From an uncultured Acidimicrobiaceae bacterium (GTDB lineage Bacteria; Actinomycetota; Acidimicrobiia; Acidimicrobiales; Bog-793), in assembly GCA_963841155.1 (NCBI GenBank), contig CAWJBM010000002.1, forward strand, positions 541,885-605,884: a stretch of DNA of 64,000 bases, read 5' to 3'. Both the position numbers and the translations under genes were made by a program. Each line of letters starts with the position of its first letter. Positions within the stretch are counted from its first letter, which is position 1. This document shows, in pieces, positions 31,201 to 45,344 of the stretch. Below the pieces are notes generated by a model. It searched no databases. It was not told the DNA's origin and saw only the letters and a program-made list of their open reading frames with translations.

Positions 31201-32097
31201 TTCGACGACAGGGACCCGGGACTGAGCCAGAGAGCGACCTTCGGGAACATCGGGCTGGGAACGCCGAGCTCGAGAGCGGAGCGTCCGCGTGTCGCCATCT
31301 TCCGTGAGGAGGGGGTCAACGGGCAGATCGAAGCGGCGGCGGCTTTCGACGCTGTCGGCTTCACGAGCGTCGACGTCCATCTGAGCGATGTCATTACGGG
31401 TCGGATCGACCTCGAAGACTTCAGCGGGCTGGTCGCCTGCGGCGGCTTCTCTTACGGCGACGTCCTGGGGGCCGGCAAGGCCTGGGCGAAGTCGATCCTG
31501 TTGCAGAAAGACGTGAGGGAAGTATTCGCCGGGTTCTTCCGGCGTCCCGACACCTTCAGCCTGGGTGTCTGCAACGGATGCCAGATGCTGGCGGCTCTGA
31601 AGGAGATCATCCCGGGTGCAGATCAGTGGCCGGGATTCGTGAGGAACAGCTCAGAGCAGTTCGAGGCGCGACTCGTAAGTGTTCGTGTCAACGACTCGCC
31701 TTCCTTGTTCTTTCGGGACATGGCGGGCTCGGTCTTGTCGGTGCCGGTCGCTCACAGTGAAGGTCGAGTCCAGTTCGCGGACGATGAAAACTCGGTCGGG
31801 GCAGCGCTGGCCGGGCGGCTGGTGCCGCTCCAGTACGTCGACAATTATCACCGGGTCACAGCGAGATATCCCTACAACCCGAACGGCTCGATAGAAGGCG
31901 TCGCGTGTCTCACCAGCAGCGACGGGCGGGTCACTGTTCTGATGCCGCACCCGGAAAGAGCCTTCATGAGCCGGCAACTGTTCTGCGCAAGCCGAGCCCC
32001 TGGCCCGGACACAGGCTGGCTGCGGTTCTTCGAAAATGCGAAGGCTTGGACAGACGACGCAAGGCGGTCAGGCCTGCGAGCGGAACGCGCCCCTTGA
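28207..32097 (+). CDS. purL: Large single-chain phosphoribosylformylglycinamidine (FGAM) synthase
   Basis: N-terminus [52 protein letters not shown] closely resembles E. coli-type large PurL. The C-terminal glutaminase part has GVCNGCQML. The GTG at 28207 overlaps the purM-like stop by 1 nt. Confidence 0.92.
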   Translation: MLVYRGPAALSEFRAAKLLSRIQKEYPSVVSVVAEVVYLAHGCDQLSCADESRLRQLLDSGPAESTRPVGTLHVVIPRPGTISPWSSKATDIARNSGLSVERIEKGVAYYVESSDASLKPHLPGYLHDRMTEVVLGGLEAAEELFKEGPARPVVQIDLLGSGRQALSQANAREGLALAEEEIDYLCDAYRVLERNPTDVELVMFSQVNSEHCRHKTFNAGWTIDGEHQPKTLFEMIRNTYEKSPAGVLSAYSDNAAVITGGVGGRFFPDACTRTYEYHQEAVHWAVKVETHNHPTAVAPFPGAATGVGGELRDEAATGRGAKPKMGLSGFSVSNLNIPGWEQPWEECYGRPDRIVSALEVMLEAPIGSAGFANEFGRPNVAGYFRTYETVSGKIARGYHKPIMLAGGSADIRAEHVHKSRLGAGALVVVLGGPAMRIGLGGGAASSMHSGASTSELDFASVQRGNAEMQRRCQEVIDACWSLGTHNPIVSVHDVGAGGLANALPELVHDSGMGGTFELRSVPCAEGSLSPMEIWCNEAQERFVLATGEEGLRVLTELCARERCPLAVVGYATEDARLVLTDSLFGTVPIDLPMSVLFDKPVRKTVECSSQRHDLTAFDTTNITLGDAVERVLRLPAVASKKFLVTIGDRNVGGLVTQEQMVGPWQVPVSDVAVAALTFDANSGQAMSLGERAPVALIDAAAAARLAVAEAITNILAGDVRELSDVKLAANWMAAAGYGDEDERLYRAVRAVGEEFCPALGLAVPVGKDSLSMRTVWESDGEEKCVISPLSLVISAFSAVADVRRTLTPRLEVSEESVLILVDLGLGRNRLGGSALGQVYKQLGDQAPDIEPSTLALLFDSVVRLKRADLILAYHDRSDGGLLTTVCEMAFAGRCGLELDLSALPGSDLEKLFNEELGVVIQVRSADADRVMDVLRENFGSHAAIIGRPTSGQTISIVAGQGTYARHRSELEGWWAETSYRIQRLRDNPQCADEEYRAIFDDRDPGLSQRATFGNIGLGTPSSRAERPRVAIFREEGVNGQIEAAAAFDAVGFTSVDVHLSDVITGRIDLEDFSGLVACGGFSYGDVLGAGKAWAKSILLQKDVREVFAGFFRRPDTFSLGVCNGCQMLAALKEIIPGADQWPGFVRNSSEQFEARLVSVRVNDSPSLFFRDMAGSVLSVPVAHSEGRVQFADDENSVGAALAGRLVPLQYVDNYHRVTARYPYNPNGSIEGVACLTSSDGRVTVLMPHPERAFMSRQLFCASRAPGPDTGWLRFFENAKAWTDDARRSGLRAERAP

Positions 32098-32358
32098 GTG
32101 CCAGTCGCCCCAAAACGCGACCGACCTTCCGCCGTCTGCGACGGCGTAGCACTCCGGACCGGGATGAGGGGTTGGTTCATGCTCGACAGACCGCACGACG
32201 ACCCATCGGTGGCCCCAATTGCCACATGGCGACGTGAGCGCCATCGACCCAGGAAGGGGCCGACGGCGCTGCTACGCCCTATGCCCTCCGCGCAACACAG
32301 CCGACGCCGTCCGAATTGCACATAGGAGAGAACTACCTACAGCAATGAAGCGCGTCCT

Positions 32359-32919
32359 CTAGGTCCAGATGGAGCCCACCACGGGGGATCCCTGACAGAC
32401 ATCCAGCCCCTGCGGATTCAGGTCCCAGGATGTGCCCCCATGGGTCTCGGTTGCATCTGCGATTCCGCATTGATAGGACAAGCCCGCCTGGACCTCTATC
32501 CAGTCGGCAGACCACGAAGGCGTATATACATACGCGTGTCCAAGCTGGATCACACTTATCTTGTACGTGGTTGCTTGTGGGCCAAAGTAGCCTCCACTGG
32601 CATTGTAAAGAGTACGGCCGCTTGCCCCGATAGTTACGACGCCACTGTGAAGCGATACGCCCTGGTTTCCGCCTGAGAGCGCGGAATATACGACGTCATA
32701 GCTCGGCACTTGGATGTATGTGACGCCACCGCTCACGGCGAGATTGTAATTCTGCGTGATGCAGACTTTGTAGCTGTAGGTAAGTACGTCCTGGACACAC
32801 ATGGTATAGGGTACCGTGGCGCTGGCGGGCAGCGCCATTCCGAATCCGACCACGAGCATCGATAGCGCGGATATAATTGCAACGCCGACGATGGAGAGAC
32901 GCTTCTTCATTGATTGCAT
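32359..32919 (-). CDS. Secreted protein of unknown function
   Basis: An AAGGAG RBS lies 9 nt before the ATG at 32919. The signal peptide is MQSMKKRLSIVGVAIISALSMLVVGFGMALPASA. The mature part is beta-rich with 4 Cys and no motif I recognise. Sampled lines gave about 57% GC. Confidence 0.65.
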   Translation of the reverse strand: MQSMKKRLSIVGVAIISALSMLVVGFGMALPASATVPYTMCVQDVLTYSYKVCITQNYNLAVSGGVTYIQVPSYDVVYSALSGGNQGVSLHSGVVTIGASGRTLYNASGGYFGPQATTYKISVIQLGHAYVYTPSWSADWIEVQAGLSYQCGIADATETHGGTSWDLNPQGLDVCQGSPVVGSIWT

Positions 32920-33231
32920 TATCTCTTGCTCCTTCACAGGGCTGGGCGCAATTGTGAGGTCGCGCGATACATGGGTGGTTCTTGTGCGAACTGCGTGTCA
33001 TTACCGGTGGCCACGGTCCCCAGGGGCTTCCTCCCTTGTTCAACACGCGATTTCTGCGACGGTAGCACTCACGTGATCGGTCGCGGAGGTGACTGCGGGA
33101 CGTCGGCTGCGGACATGTCCGTGACGTCCCACCGCCCCCCGTGCCAAGGGCTGAGGGCGTGCCCTTCGTGCATGTTGCAGCTCGTTCCACGGGCCGGCCT
33201 CCACGCGGTCACGCTGCGCCTTACGGCGCAG

Positions 33232-33583
33232 ATGGTCGCGGTCCGGCTGACAGACGACATTGACGGCGGCGAAGGGGACGAGACGGTGTCGTTCTCTCTC
33301 GACGCCAAGGCGCATGAAATCGAGTGCAAAAGGAAGAACGCCGCAAGTTTGCGCAAGTTGCCTGCGCCGTACATCGAGAGCGGCAGAACGGCCGGCCGAC
33401 CGCCCAGCCCTGGCCGGGGACGGAGCTGTGGATCTCAGCGAAGTGTCCCCCGGATCCAAGACGCTCTTCTCGCAGCTCAGCGTCGAGGAGCGGGAGCGCT
33501 TGCGGGTCTGGGCCAATATGCCGACAGCTCGCCGAGTCGGCGACTCGCGAGTTCAAACCTGGATCGAGGCCGGCCGACCGTAG
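33232..33583 (+). pseudogene. lsr2: Lsr2-like nucleoid-associated protein gene with a frame break near 33395-33425
   Basis: Frame 1 reads MVAVRLTDDIDGGEGDETVSFSLDAKAHEIECKRKNAASLRKLPAPYIESGR, matching the Lsr2 dimerisation-domain pattern DDxDGxxxxDETVxFxLDxxxxEIxxxxKNAxxLR. The +1 frame continues ..SVEERERLRVWAN..VQTWIEAGRP to the stop. The C-terminal DNA-binding domain is only weakly recognisable. Confidence 0.55.
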
Positions 33584-33699
33584 CTGTCGGATGCGTCTTG
33601 CGCCCACGATGGACCAGTCCTGCGCTGTGAGAGGTGCAACCATTCCACAAGATCCTGGCGCTGCTCCTGCCTGCAGCTAGAGTGAGACCTCGAACGTAA

Positions 33700-33790
33700 A
33701 GCGGGTCCAGCGAGACCGTACGTACGAGGAGGAGCCCAAGTGGCCCATAGGGAGAGAGGTTCGACGCGCCCGTCAGGGCGCGTTTTTGTT
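33700..33790 (+). promoter_or_regulatory. pyr operon leader; possible PyrR-responsive attenuator
   Basis: GGUCCAGCGAGACC (33704-33717) and GGGAGAGAGGUU (33750-33761) are both near-matches to the PyrR loop consensus UCCAGAGAGGYU as I remember it. They sit directly upstream of a strong terminator hairpin and of pyrR. Confidence 0.45.
33764..33790 (+). terminator. Intrinsic terminator in the pyrR leader
   Basis: ACGCGCCC-gtca-GGGCGCGT is an 8-bp stem followed by TTTTGTT. It lies 13 nt before the GTG/ATG of pyrR. Confidence 0.7.
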
Positions 33791-33802
33791 GCCCGTAGCC
33801 AG

Positions 33803-34330
33803 GTGATGGACGGCGACGAGGTTCGAAGAGCCCTGGTGCGCATCGCGCATGAGATCGTTGAGCGCAATCGCGGGCTCCTGGGCGTCGTCGTCATCGGGCT
33901 TCAGACCGGCGGGGTGTGGCTGGCCGAGCGGCTCGTCACCATCCTCCGGGAAATCGAGGGAACGGCCGTGCCGTTCGGCACCATTGACGTCGCCTTCTAC
34001 CGCGACGACATCGGGCTGCGCCCGGTGCTGCCCGAGGAGGTTACCGACCTGCCCTTCGACATCACCGGGCGGACTGTGGTCCTGGTCGACGACGTCCTGT
34101 TCACCGGGAGGACGGTTCGGGCCGCGCTCGAGGCCTTCGCGGCTCGCGGGCGCGCTGGCGCCGTACAGCTTGCGGTGATGGTCGACCGCGGTCACCGGGA
34201 ACTGCCCATCAGGCCCGACTTCGTGGGGAAGAACCTGCCGACTCGGCGAGACGAGCTCGTCGAGGTGACCGAAAAGGGGGTCACGATAGGTGATCTCCTG
34301 ACGACCGACAAGGAGAGGGGGGTCCGATGA
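33803..34330 (+). CDS. pyrR: Bifunctional pyr operon regulator / uracil phosphoribosyltransferase PyrR
   Basis: [55 protein letters not shown] 33740 would include the terminator, so a start at GTG 33803 or ATG 33806 is more likely. Confidence 0.88.
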   Translation: MMDGDEVRRALVRIAHEIVERNRGLLGVVVIGLQTGGVWLAERLVTILREIEGTAVPFGTIDVAFYRDDIGLRPVLPEEVTDLPFDITGRTVVLVDDVLFTGRTVRAALEAFAARGRAGAVQLAVMVDRGHRELPIRPDFVGKNLPTRRDELVEVTEKGVTIGDLLTTDKERGVR

Positions 34331-35424
34331 TCGCCCCCGGAATGACGACAAGCACTGGAACCCCGCCGAGGCCGACTGACCAGGTGAGCGACACGACCGG
34401 GGCGATCGGGGTCGCCCAGGTGACGAGCCCAAGGGCAACGGCGGCCGAGGAGGACTTCTTCGTGGACCACCGGGTCCCGGCGGTCCGACATCTTCTCTCC
34501 ATTGCCGACCTCGGCCGTGACGGCATCCTCGAGATCATGCGCCTCTCCGACGCGTTCGCCGAGGTGTCCGAGCGACCGATCCCGAAGGTTCCAGCACTCA
34601 GGGGGCGCACGGTGGCGACGGTCTTCATGGAGCCGTCCACCCGGACGCGCCTGTCGTTCGAGACTGCCGCAAAACGCCTCTCCGCCGACGTCATGACCTT
34701 CACCGCGGCCACGTCGGCTGCCGTCAAGGGCGAGTCGCTCCGCGACACCGTCGAGACGATCGACGCCATGGGCATCGACGCGATGGTCATCCGCCACCAC
34801 TCCTCGGGGGCGCCACTCAGGGTCACCAATTGGGTGGGCGCGAGCGTGATCAATGCGGGGGACGGCACCCACGAGCATCCGACTCAGGCACTGCTGGACT
34901 GCTTCACCATCCGTGAGGCTCTCACGGCGCGTCACGACGGAGAGGTCCCTGCCGATCTGAAGGGGCTGCGCATCGCGATCGTGGGCGACATCAAGCACTC
35001 GCGGGTCGCCCGCTCGAACGTGCTCGCCTTCAGCGCGCTGGGTGCACAGGTCGTGCTCGTGGCGCCGCCGACGCTCATGCCCGCTTCGTTGCAGGGCTGG
35101 CCCGTGACTGCAACCGGTGATCTCGACGGGGTACTCGGGGCGCTCGACGTCATCTACCTGCTTCGCATCCAGTCCGAGCGCCTCGGCGAGGTTCTGCTGC
35201 CCTCGCTCGACGAGTACCACTGGCGCTACGGGCTGACCCGGGCGCGGGCCGATGCACTCGACAAGGACGCTCTCGTGATGCATCCCGGACCGATGATCCG
35301 CGGTGTCGAGATCTCGCCGGAGGTCGCCGACCTGCCTGCCTCCCTCGTGACGCGCCAGGTGCGCAACGGCGTGATCGTCCGCATGGCCGTCCTGTTCCAC
35401 CTGCTCGGCTCGGGAGCGATGTGA
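34327..35424 (+). CDS. pyrB: Aspartate carbamoyltransferase catalytic subunit
   Basis: [29 protein letters not shown] and the HPGP motif context are present. There is an ATGA overlap with the pyrR stop. The roughly 45-aa N-terminal extension may not be translated. Confidence 0.88.
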   Translation: MIAPGMTTSTGTPPRPTDQVSDTTGAIGVAQVTSPRATAAEEDFFVDHRVPAVRHLLSIADLGRDGILEIMRLSDAFAEVSERPIPKVPALRGRTVATVFMEPSTRTRLSFETAAKRLSADVMTFTAATSAAVKGESLRDTVETIDAMGIDAMVIRHHSSGAPLRVTNWVGASVINAGDGTHEHPTQALLDCFTIREALTARHDGEVPADLKGLRIAIVGDIKHSRVARSNVLAFSALGAQVVLVAPPTLMPASLQGWPVTATGDLDGVLGALDVIYLLRIQSERLGEVLLPSLDEYHWRYGLTRARADALDKDALVMHPGPMIRGVEISPEVADLPASLVTRQVRNGVIVRMAVLFHLLGSGAM

Positions 35425-36829
35425 TGCCTCGCCGGAGCGCATTCACACACAAGGGGGAGATCGTCGTCCGTGGCGGGAGGCTCGTGGACGAGACAGGCGA
35501 ACGGCGAAGCGACGTCCTCGTGCGGGACGGGCGCATCGTCGCCGTCGAGGAGGTCATCGACGCGCCGACGGGCGCGACCGTTCTCGACGCGGGCGGCTGC
35601 GTTGTCGCACCGGGCCTCGTCGACCTCCACGCGCACTTGCGCGAGCCGGGAGGGGAGATCGCCGAGACGGTCGAGTCCGGGTCGAGGGCCGCCGCGCTCG
35701 GTGGCTACACAGCCGTGGTCGCCATGCCGAACACCGAGCCTGCCATCGACTCGGCAGCGGTCGCGCGCGATGTGCTCACGCTCGGCAGGACGGCGCTGGC
35801 CGAGATCGCGGTCGCTGGGGCGATCACCCTCGGCCGCCGCGGCGAGCGACTCGTCCCGATGGCCGAGCTGGCCGAGCTCGGCGTGCGGCTGTTCACCGAC
35901 GACGGGCGAGGTGTGCAACACGGTGGGTTGATGCGCCGTGCGCTCGAGTACGCATCGGGCCTCGGCGTCGTCCTCGCCCAGCACTGCGAGGACGAGCAGA
36001 TCGCAGCGGGCGGTCAGATGAACGAAGGTGCCTGGTCGAGCCGCCTCGGGATCGCAGGCCAGCCCTCGCTCGCGGAGGAAGCGATGCTGGCACGGGATCT
36101 CGCGCTCGTGCGGCTCACCGGCGCACCCATGCACTTCCTGCACCTGTCCACGGCGGGCGCAATCGAGATGATCAGGAGCGCCAAGGCGGACGGGCTTGCG
36201 GTCACCGCGGAGGTCACGCCGCATCATCTCTCGCTCTGCGACGCCGCCGTCGCGGGCTTCGACCCCGTGTACAAGGTCAACCCTCCGCTGAGAACCGCCG
36301 CCGACGTGGCTGCGATCCGGGCGGGTCTCCTGAACGGCGTCGTCGATGCCATCGCGACCGATCACACGCCGCACGCGCCGGAGCGAAAGGAGGATCCCTT
36401 CGACGAGGCTCCCGCCGGGATGCTCGGTCTGGAGACCGCGCTCGCGGTTGCCCACACCGCTCTTTGCGTGGGCCCCGGCGAAGGCGGCAGCGATGAGGCC
36501 GGGGACGGCTGGGTGCCATCCAGCACCGGAGCTGTCATGTCGCTGCGGGACCTTCTCGGCCTGCTCTCCTGGCAGCCGGCCCGCATCGCCGGGCTCGACC
36601 AGGATGGCGGAGGTGGTTGGGCTCATCAGGGCGGCCAAGGCGGCCCGATCCGGTCCGGTGCTGCGGCGAACCTGACGGTGTTCGACCCGACCGCCGAATG
36701 GGTTGTCGACCCGAGCCGCCAAGCCAGCCGGAGTCGCAACACGCCCTATGCCGGTCGCCGGCTCACCGGCAAGGTCCGCCACACCGTGTTCGCGGGCGAG
36801 GCCATGGTCATCGACGGCGAGGCGCAGAG

Positions 36830-36833
<4 letters not shown>
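35421..36833 (+). CDS. pyrC: Dihydroorotase
   Basis: [25 protein letters not shown] and ATDHTPH motifs are present. The start overlaps the pyrB stop. Confidence 0.88.
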
Positions 36834-41343
<4,510 letters not shown>

Positions 41344-41526
41344 GCGAGCACCTTGTCGGAGAGGAGAGCTCACGATCACATTCTTTGCGGCCCCACTCCC
41401 TCGGCAGACCACCGCTGGGCGCAATTATCGCCGTCAGTCCCGGGGAAGACCCATATAGCTATGAACTGTCGTCGAACAAGCCCCGGCTGTAGCCACATAC
41501 ACACCCACGGCAATGCAAGGACGATC

Positions 41527-42606
41527 ATGGATACCGAAAGCTTACGGGCCAGGTGGGAAACCCTCGAGAGCGAACAGCTGAAGGAAGTGGCCGAACTCGG
41601 CCTTCACACCCTGGCCAAGCATCGGCTCGGCCACCACCTCATAGACTTCGCGCTCGGCGGTGAAAGGCTCGAGAGCACGCGGCTGCGCACCCGGGTCGGA
41701 GGCATGTCGCTGGAGAACCCCGTCCTGGTCGGCGCCGGCTGGGACAAGAAGGGCTGGGCCGTCGACGGACTGTACGCGCTGGGTTTCGCCGGTACGGAAG
41801 TGGGTTCCGTGCTCGTCCACCCCCAGGCAGGCAACCCGCGTCCGCGTCTGTGGTACAGCCGTGGGGCTGCACTCAACCGGATGGGGTTCAACAGCCCGGG
41901 CATGGAGGAAGTGGCCAGGCATCTCGATGCGGCACAGAGGCCGGGTATTCTCGGCGTCAGTATCGGCAAGAACAGGCTGACCCCCGATGACCAGGCCCCG
42001 TGGGCACATGCAGCCGTGGCCGACAGGCTGTACGACCATGCGGATTACTTTGTGATCAATGTCTCATCGCCCAACACACCGGGACTGAGGAACTTGCTAA
42101 ACCCCGAGCCCCTCACCGATATTGTCGTGGCGGTGAAGGACGTGCTCGACTCCAAGGGACAAAAGCCCCTATTCATCAAGACAACTGTGGACCTGGCTCT
42201 CGAAGACCTCGACGACGTGATCAAGGTGTGTGTAGGTCATGGCGTTACCGGGATCATCGACTCGAACACCACGATCGACGATGGGCTGAAGTCACGCTAT
42301 GGCTGGGAAGGCCTGGCCGGGGGACTCAGTGGCGATGTCGGCGAATTCCGACACAGGGCCAATGAGCGCATGAAGGACCTGACGAGAATGACTCGCGGCA
42401 CGGGCCTGCAGAGGATCGGTGTGGGAGCCATCAACAGTGCTGCTGCTGCAATCGAACGGCTGCGGGCGGGCGCCCAGGCGGTTCAGGTCGTCACAGGGAT
42501 CCGTCAGAGCAAGGGCAGAGTCGCCCGCGAGATCAACCAGGGAATACTGGACTACCTGGATCGGCAGGGGCTCGAGAGCGTCGAGGACCTGACCGGTCTT
42601 GCTTGA
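41527..42606 (+). CDS. pyrD: Dihydroorotate dehydrogenase, class 2 (quinone-type)
   Basis: LENPVLVGAGWDKKG, LNRMGFNSPG and INVSSPNTPGLRNL are present. ATG 41527 was chosen inside ORF 41353..42606. Confidence 0.85.
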   Translation: MDTESLRARWETLESEQLKEVAELGLHTLAKHRLGHHLIDFALGGERLESTRLRTRVGGMSLENPVLVGAGWDKKGWAVDGLYALGFAGTEVGSVLVHPQAGNPRPRLWYSRGAALNRMGFNSPGMEEVARHLDAAQRPGILGVSIGKNRLTPDDQAPWAHAAVADRLYDHADYFVINVSSPNTPGLRNLLNPEPLTDIVVAVKDVLDSKGQKPLFIKTTVDLALEDLDDVIKVCVGHGVTGIIDSNTTIDDGLKSRYGWEGLAGGLSGDVGEFRHRANERMKDLTRMTRGTGLQRIGVGAINSAAAAIERLRAGAQAVQVVTGIRQSKGRVAREINQGILDYLDRQGLESVEDLTGLA

Positions 42607-43351
42607 GCGCTGCGAAGCTCCGCGCACGCCCCCGGACGTGGAGCTGCGGGCGCATGTACGAGGTCGTCATGGGTTCACGTGCGGATCATGAGCGACCGGG
42701 CGGCGGGATCGAAACTGGTCTGCTTGTCGCTCGGGCCGTCGTTGCCCGGGTCGTGATGCCGGGCATTGGCGCGACGAGGTGGAGGCCTCGGTGAGGGCAA
42801 CCCTCGCCGACCATGCGCAGGCATCCCCGCCCTGGGTTTCCCCCCAGCTGATCGGCGAGGCGACAGCTGAGCCCGGCAGCCTGGCTGGAAGCGTCGGTCG
42901 ACCGGGTCCGCTGGCGGGTAGGCCCATAGCCGACAGACCACGGAGAGGTGCCACTCGAGGAACGCCTGTGGGGAGATGAGCAGACCGTGCCGCCGAGAGC
43001 CGGGAAGAGGCGGGCGAGAAGCTCAACGCCGCGCCGAGCGAGGCAATACAAGAAGGATGGAGCCGCAGTCGGCCAGCCCTGCTCGGAACCTTCGACCAGT
43101 TCAAGGCAGGTCGGGGAACTCGACGGACTCTTCAGCCGCTGCCAAGGCATCCCCCGACGTGTCCAGGTCGGTGATGGGCCGTAGCGCTCGAGCGATAGCC
43201 TTCGCCCTGTCAGGGGCACGATCGCCGTGGCGTACGGCGCGAACGCGACCCACGTACGGGACGCTGCGCCGAAGCTTCATCAGTACACACTGCCCAGCGG
43301 GGGAACCGTATGGCCTACCGCAAGGGGTGGATCTGCGTGAAGGAGCTGTGA

Positions 43352-44083
43352 GTGGAAGAAGCTGCTGGGCTGGTCATGACCGCCCTGTACGAGCGGGGCA
43401 TGCTTCGTACCTGGTATCGCGACAGGCCGGAAGGGTGGACCCTGGTCTCCGGCCAATGGAGCCCGATATACCTTCAACTGCGGGAACTCTGCAGTTACCC
43501 CGATGTTCTGACAGACGTCGGCGTCGCACTCGCAGCGTTGCTCGACAAAGACCAACCCAGGCCTCAGCGACTCGTCGGCGTCGCTCTCGGCGGCATCCCG
43601 GTGGCGATCGCAACTTCGCTCGCGTCAGGGGTTCCTGCGTTGATGACGCGGAAACTCGCCGCACGGACTGAGCCCGGTGCCGCCGAGGAGCTGCAGCAAT
43701 ATGGACAACATGCGGCCCTTGAGGGGCAAATTGAGGCCGGCGACCAGCTGCTGCTCGTCGATGACCTCGTGACTCGCTTCGACTCGAAGCTCATCGCGGC
43801 TCGACAAGTCCAGCACGAGATCGAGAGGAGGGACCTGGAGGGCGTGTCGTGCAGTGATGTCCTTGTGGTCGTGGACCGCGAACAAGGCGGGGCGGAAGCG
43901 GCGTCGGAAGCGGGCTTTACTCTCCGTGCCCTCATTCGCCTCAAGAGCCAAGGAATGGATCTTCTCCGACCACACCTCAGTGCAACCGAGTATGACGTCG
44001 TCTGTTCCTACCTGAGTGACCCAGCCGCTTTTCAGTCCGTCGACGTGCAGCGACAGCTTAGAGTTGTGGCCCAAGCGAGATGA
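43352..44083 (+). CDS. pyrE: Orotate phosphoribosyltransferase-family protein with an atypical PRPP loop
   Basis: LVSGQWSPIYLQLR, VGVALGGIPVAIATSLA and VVVDREQGG fit OPRT. The PRPP loop reads LLLVDDLVTRFDSK instead of VDDVxTxGxS/T. Confidence 0.65.
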   Translation: MEEAAGLVMTALYERGMLRTWYRDRPEGWTLVSGQWSPIYLQLRELCSYPDVLTDVGVALAALLDKDQPRPQRLVGVALGGIPVAIATSLASGVPALMTRKLAARTEPGAAEELQQYGQHAALEGQIEAGDQLLLVDDLVTRFDSKLIAARQVQHEIERRDLEGVSCSDVLVVVDREQGGAEAASEAGFTLRALIRLKSQGMDLLRPHLSATEYDVVCSYLSDPAAFQSVDVQRQLRVVAQAR

Positions 44084-44116
44084 CGCCGCGAGGGCATTAC
44101 TGGCCAGGGAGGGCCC

Positions 44117-45013
44117 ATGGCATCTGCGTTTGTTGAGCTCCTCAACGAAAGATGGGCATGTGGCCACGCTGTATCGGTGGGGCTGGACAGCGACGCCCGG
44201 GCTTTGCCGACGCCCGCCGGTCAGGCCAGCCCGTCTCAACGTGAGTTCAACGCCAACATGGTCGATGCGACTGCGGACTTGGCCGGCGCCTACAAGATCA
44301 ACCTGGCGTTCTATCTGAATGGTGGTGTAGATGGCTTCATCGCCCTGCAGGAGACCGTCACGTACGCACGAAGGTTCGCGCCGGGCGTGGCGATCATCCT
44401 GGATGCGAAGTTCGGAGACATCGGCAACACCAACGAGGCTTATTCAGGTTTTGCCTATGACCTGCTCGGCGTGGACGCCGTCACCGTGAATCCGTATGTC
44501 GGGCGAGAGGCACTCAGGCCGTTTTTGGACCGCGAGGACAAGGGTGCAATCGTGCTCTGTCGCACCTCGAATCCTGGTGCCGCGGAGTTCCAGGGGTTGC
44601 AGTGTCAGCACGAAGAAGCCGGCCCGCGACCTTTGCCCCTGTATTGCCGAGTCGCGCACTCGGTGGCCTGTGATTGGAACGTGTTGGGTAATTGCGGTCT
44701 GGTGGTTGGCGGCACTGCACCTGAGGAGCTTCGAGAGGTCAGGGGCATAGCGGGGAGCATTCCCATCTTGATTCCGGGTGTCGGAACACAGGGTGGCGAC
44801 CTCGAGGCCACAGTCGCCGCAGGCCGAGGCTCCAGGGGTCCGGGCATCATTGTCAACGCTTCGCGATCGGTCATCTTCGCCTCGGGGGGAGAGGATTACG
44901 CCCGAGCGGCACGGGCCGAGCTCACGCGCCTGGATACGGAAGTGCACAGGCTCCTGGAGCGAGAGCCCGCTGAGCCGCTGGGCGCTGAACCAGCCAGTGA
45001 GCAGGTCCAATGA
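44117..45013 (+). CDS. pyrF: Orotidine 5'-phosphate decarboxylase, type 2
   Basis: VSVGLDSD, IILDAKFGDIGNT (DxKxxD) and VTVNPYVG are present. Confidence 0.85.
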   Translation: MASAFVELLNERWACGHAVSVGLDSDARALPTPAGQASPSQREFNANMVDATADLAGAYKINLAFYLNGGVDGFIALQETVTYARRFAPGVAIILDAKFGDIGNTNEAYSGFAYDLLGVDAVTVNPYVGREALRPFLDREDKGAIVLCRTSNPGAAEFQGLQCQHEEAGPRPLPLYCRVAHSVACDWNVLGNCGLVVGGTAPEELREVRGIAGSIPILIPGVGTQGGDLEATVAAGRGSRGPGIIVNASRSVIFASGGEDYARAARAELTRLDTEVHRLLEREPAEPLGAEPASEQVQ

Positions 45014-45344
45014 CCCGGTGAGTCCGGCTGCGTGGCCGATGACGTGCGAATGAGTGGGGGACGTCGGACAAGAAAGAGGATGCTCGTCGGGTTCTCTTCG
45101 GGCAGGTCCATGTCGGGCGCGGCGGATTCTTGTTGCGTCGTGAAGGGTGCAAGTCGACGAGACGCCCTCTGAGCAGCGGTGCAGCGCATGTGTCAGGGGC
45201 TCTTCTTGTGAAACCGAACCACTCCGATCGGAACGGTGGCGTGGCGCTGTTGAGCATGTGCCAGGAACTTGACACATTTGGTGGTCAAGGCGGCGGGTTA
45301 GGGCCCAGCCAGAGGCAGTGCGAGAGGCGACACGCTGGTCGCGA

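Noticed and set aside
42693-42714. Minus-strand GTTTCGATCCCGCCGCCCGGTCG resembles the T-loop/acceptor 3' end of the tRNA-Gly-like piece at 56.7 kb (about 18 of 22 positions), which raised the idea of an att pair
   Set aside because: No T-stem pairing or other tRNA features are present. GC-rich GCCGCCCG strings are common here. The implied island would include pyrE and pyrF but not the equally low-GC pyrD, so this is probably chance.
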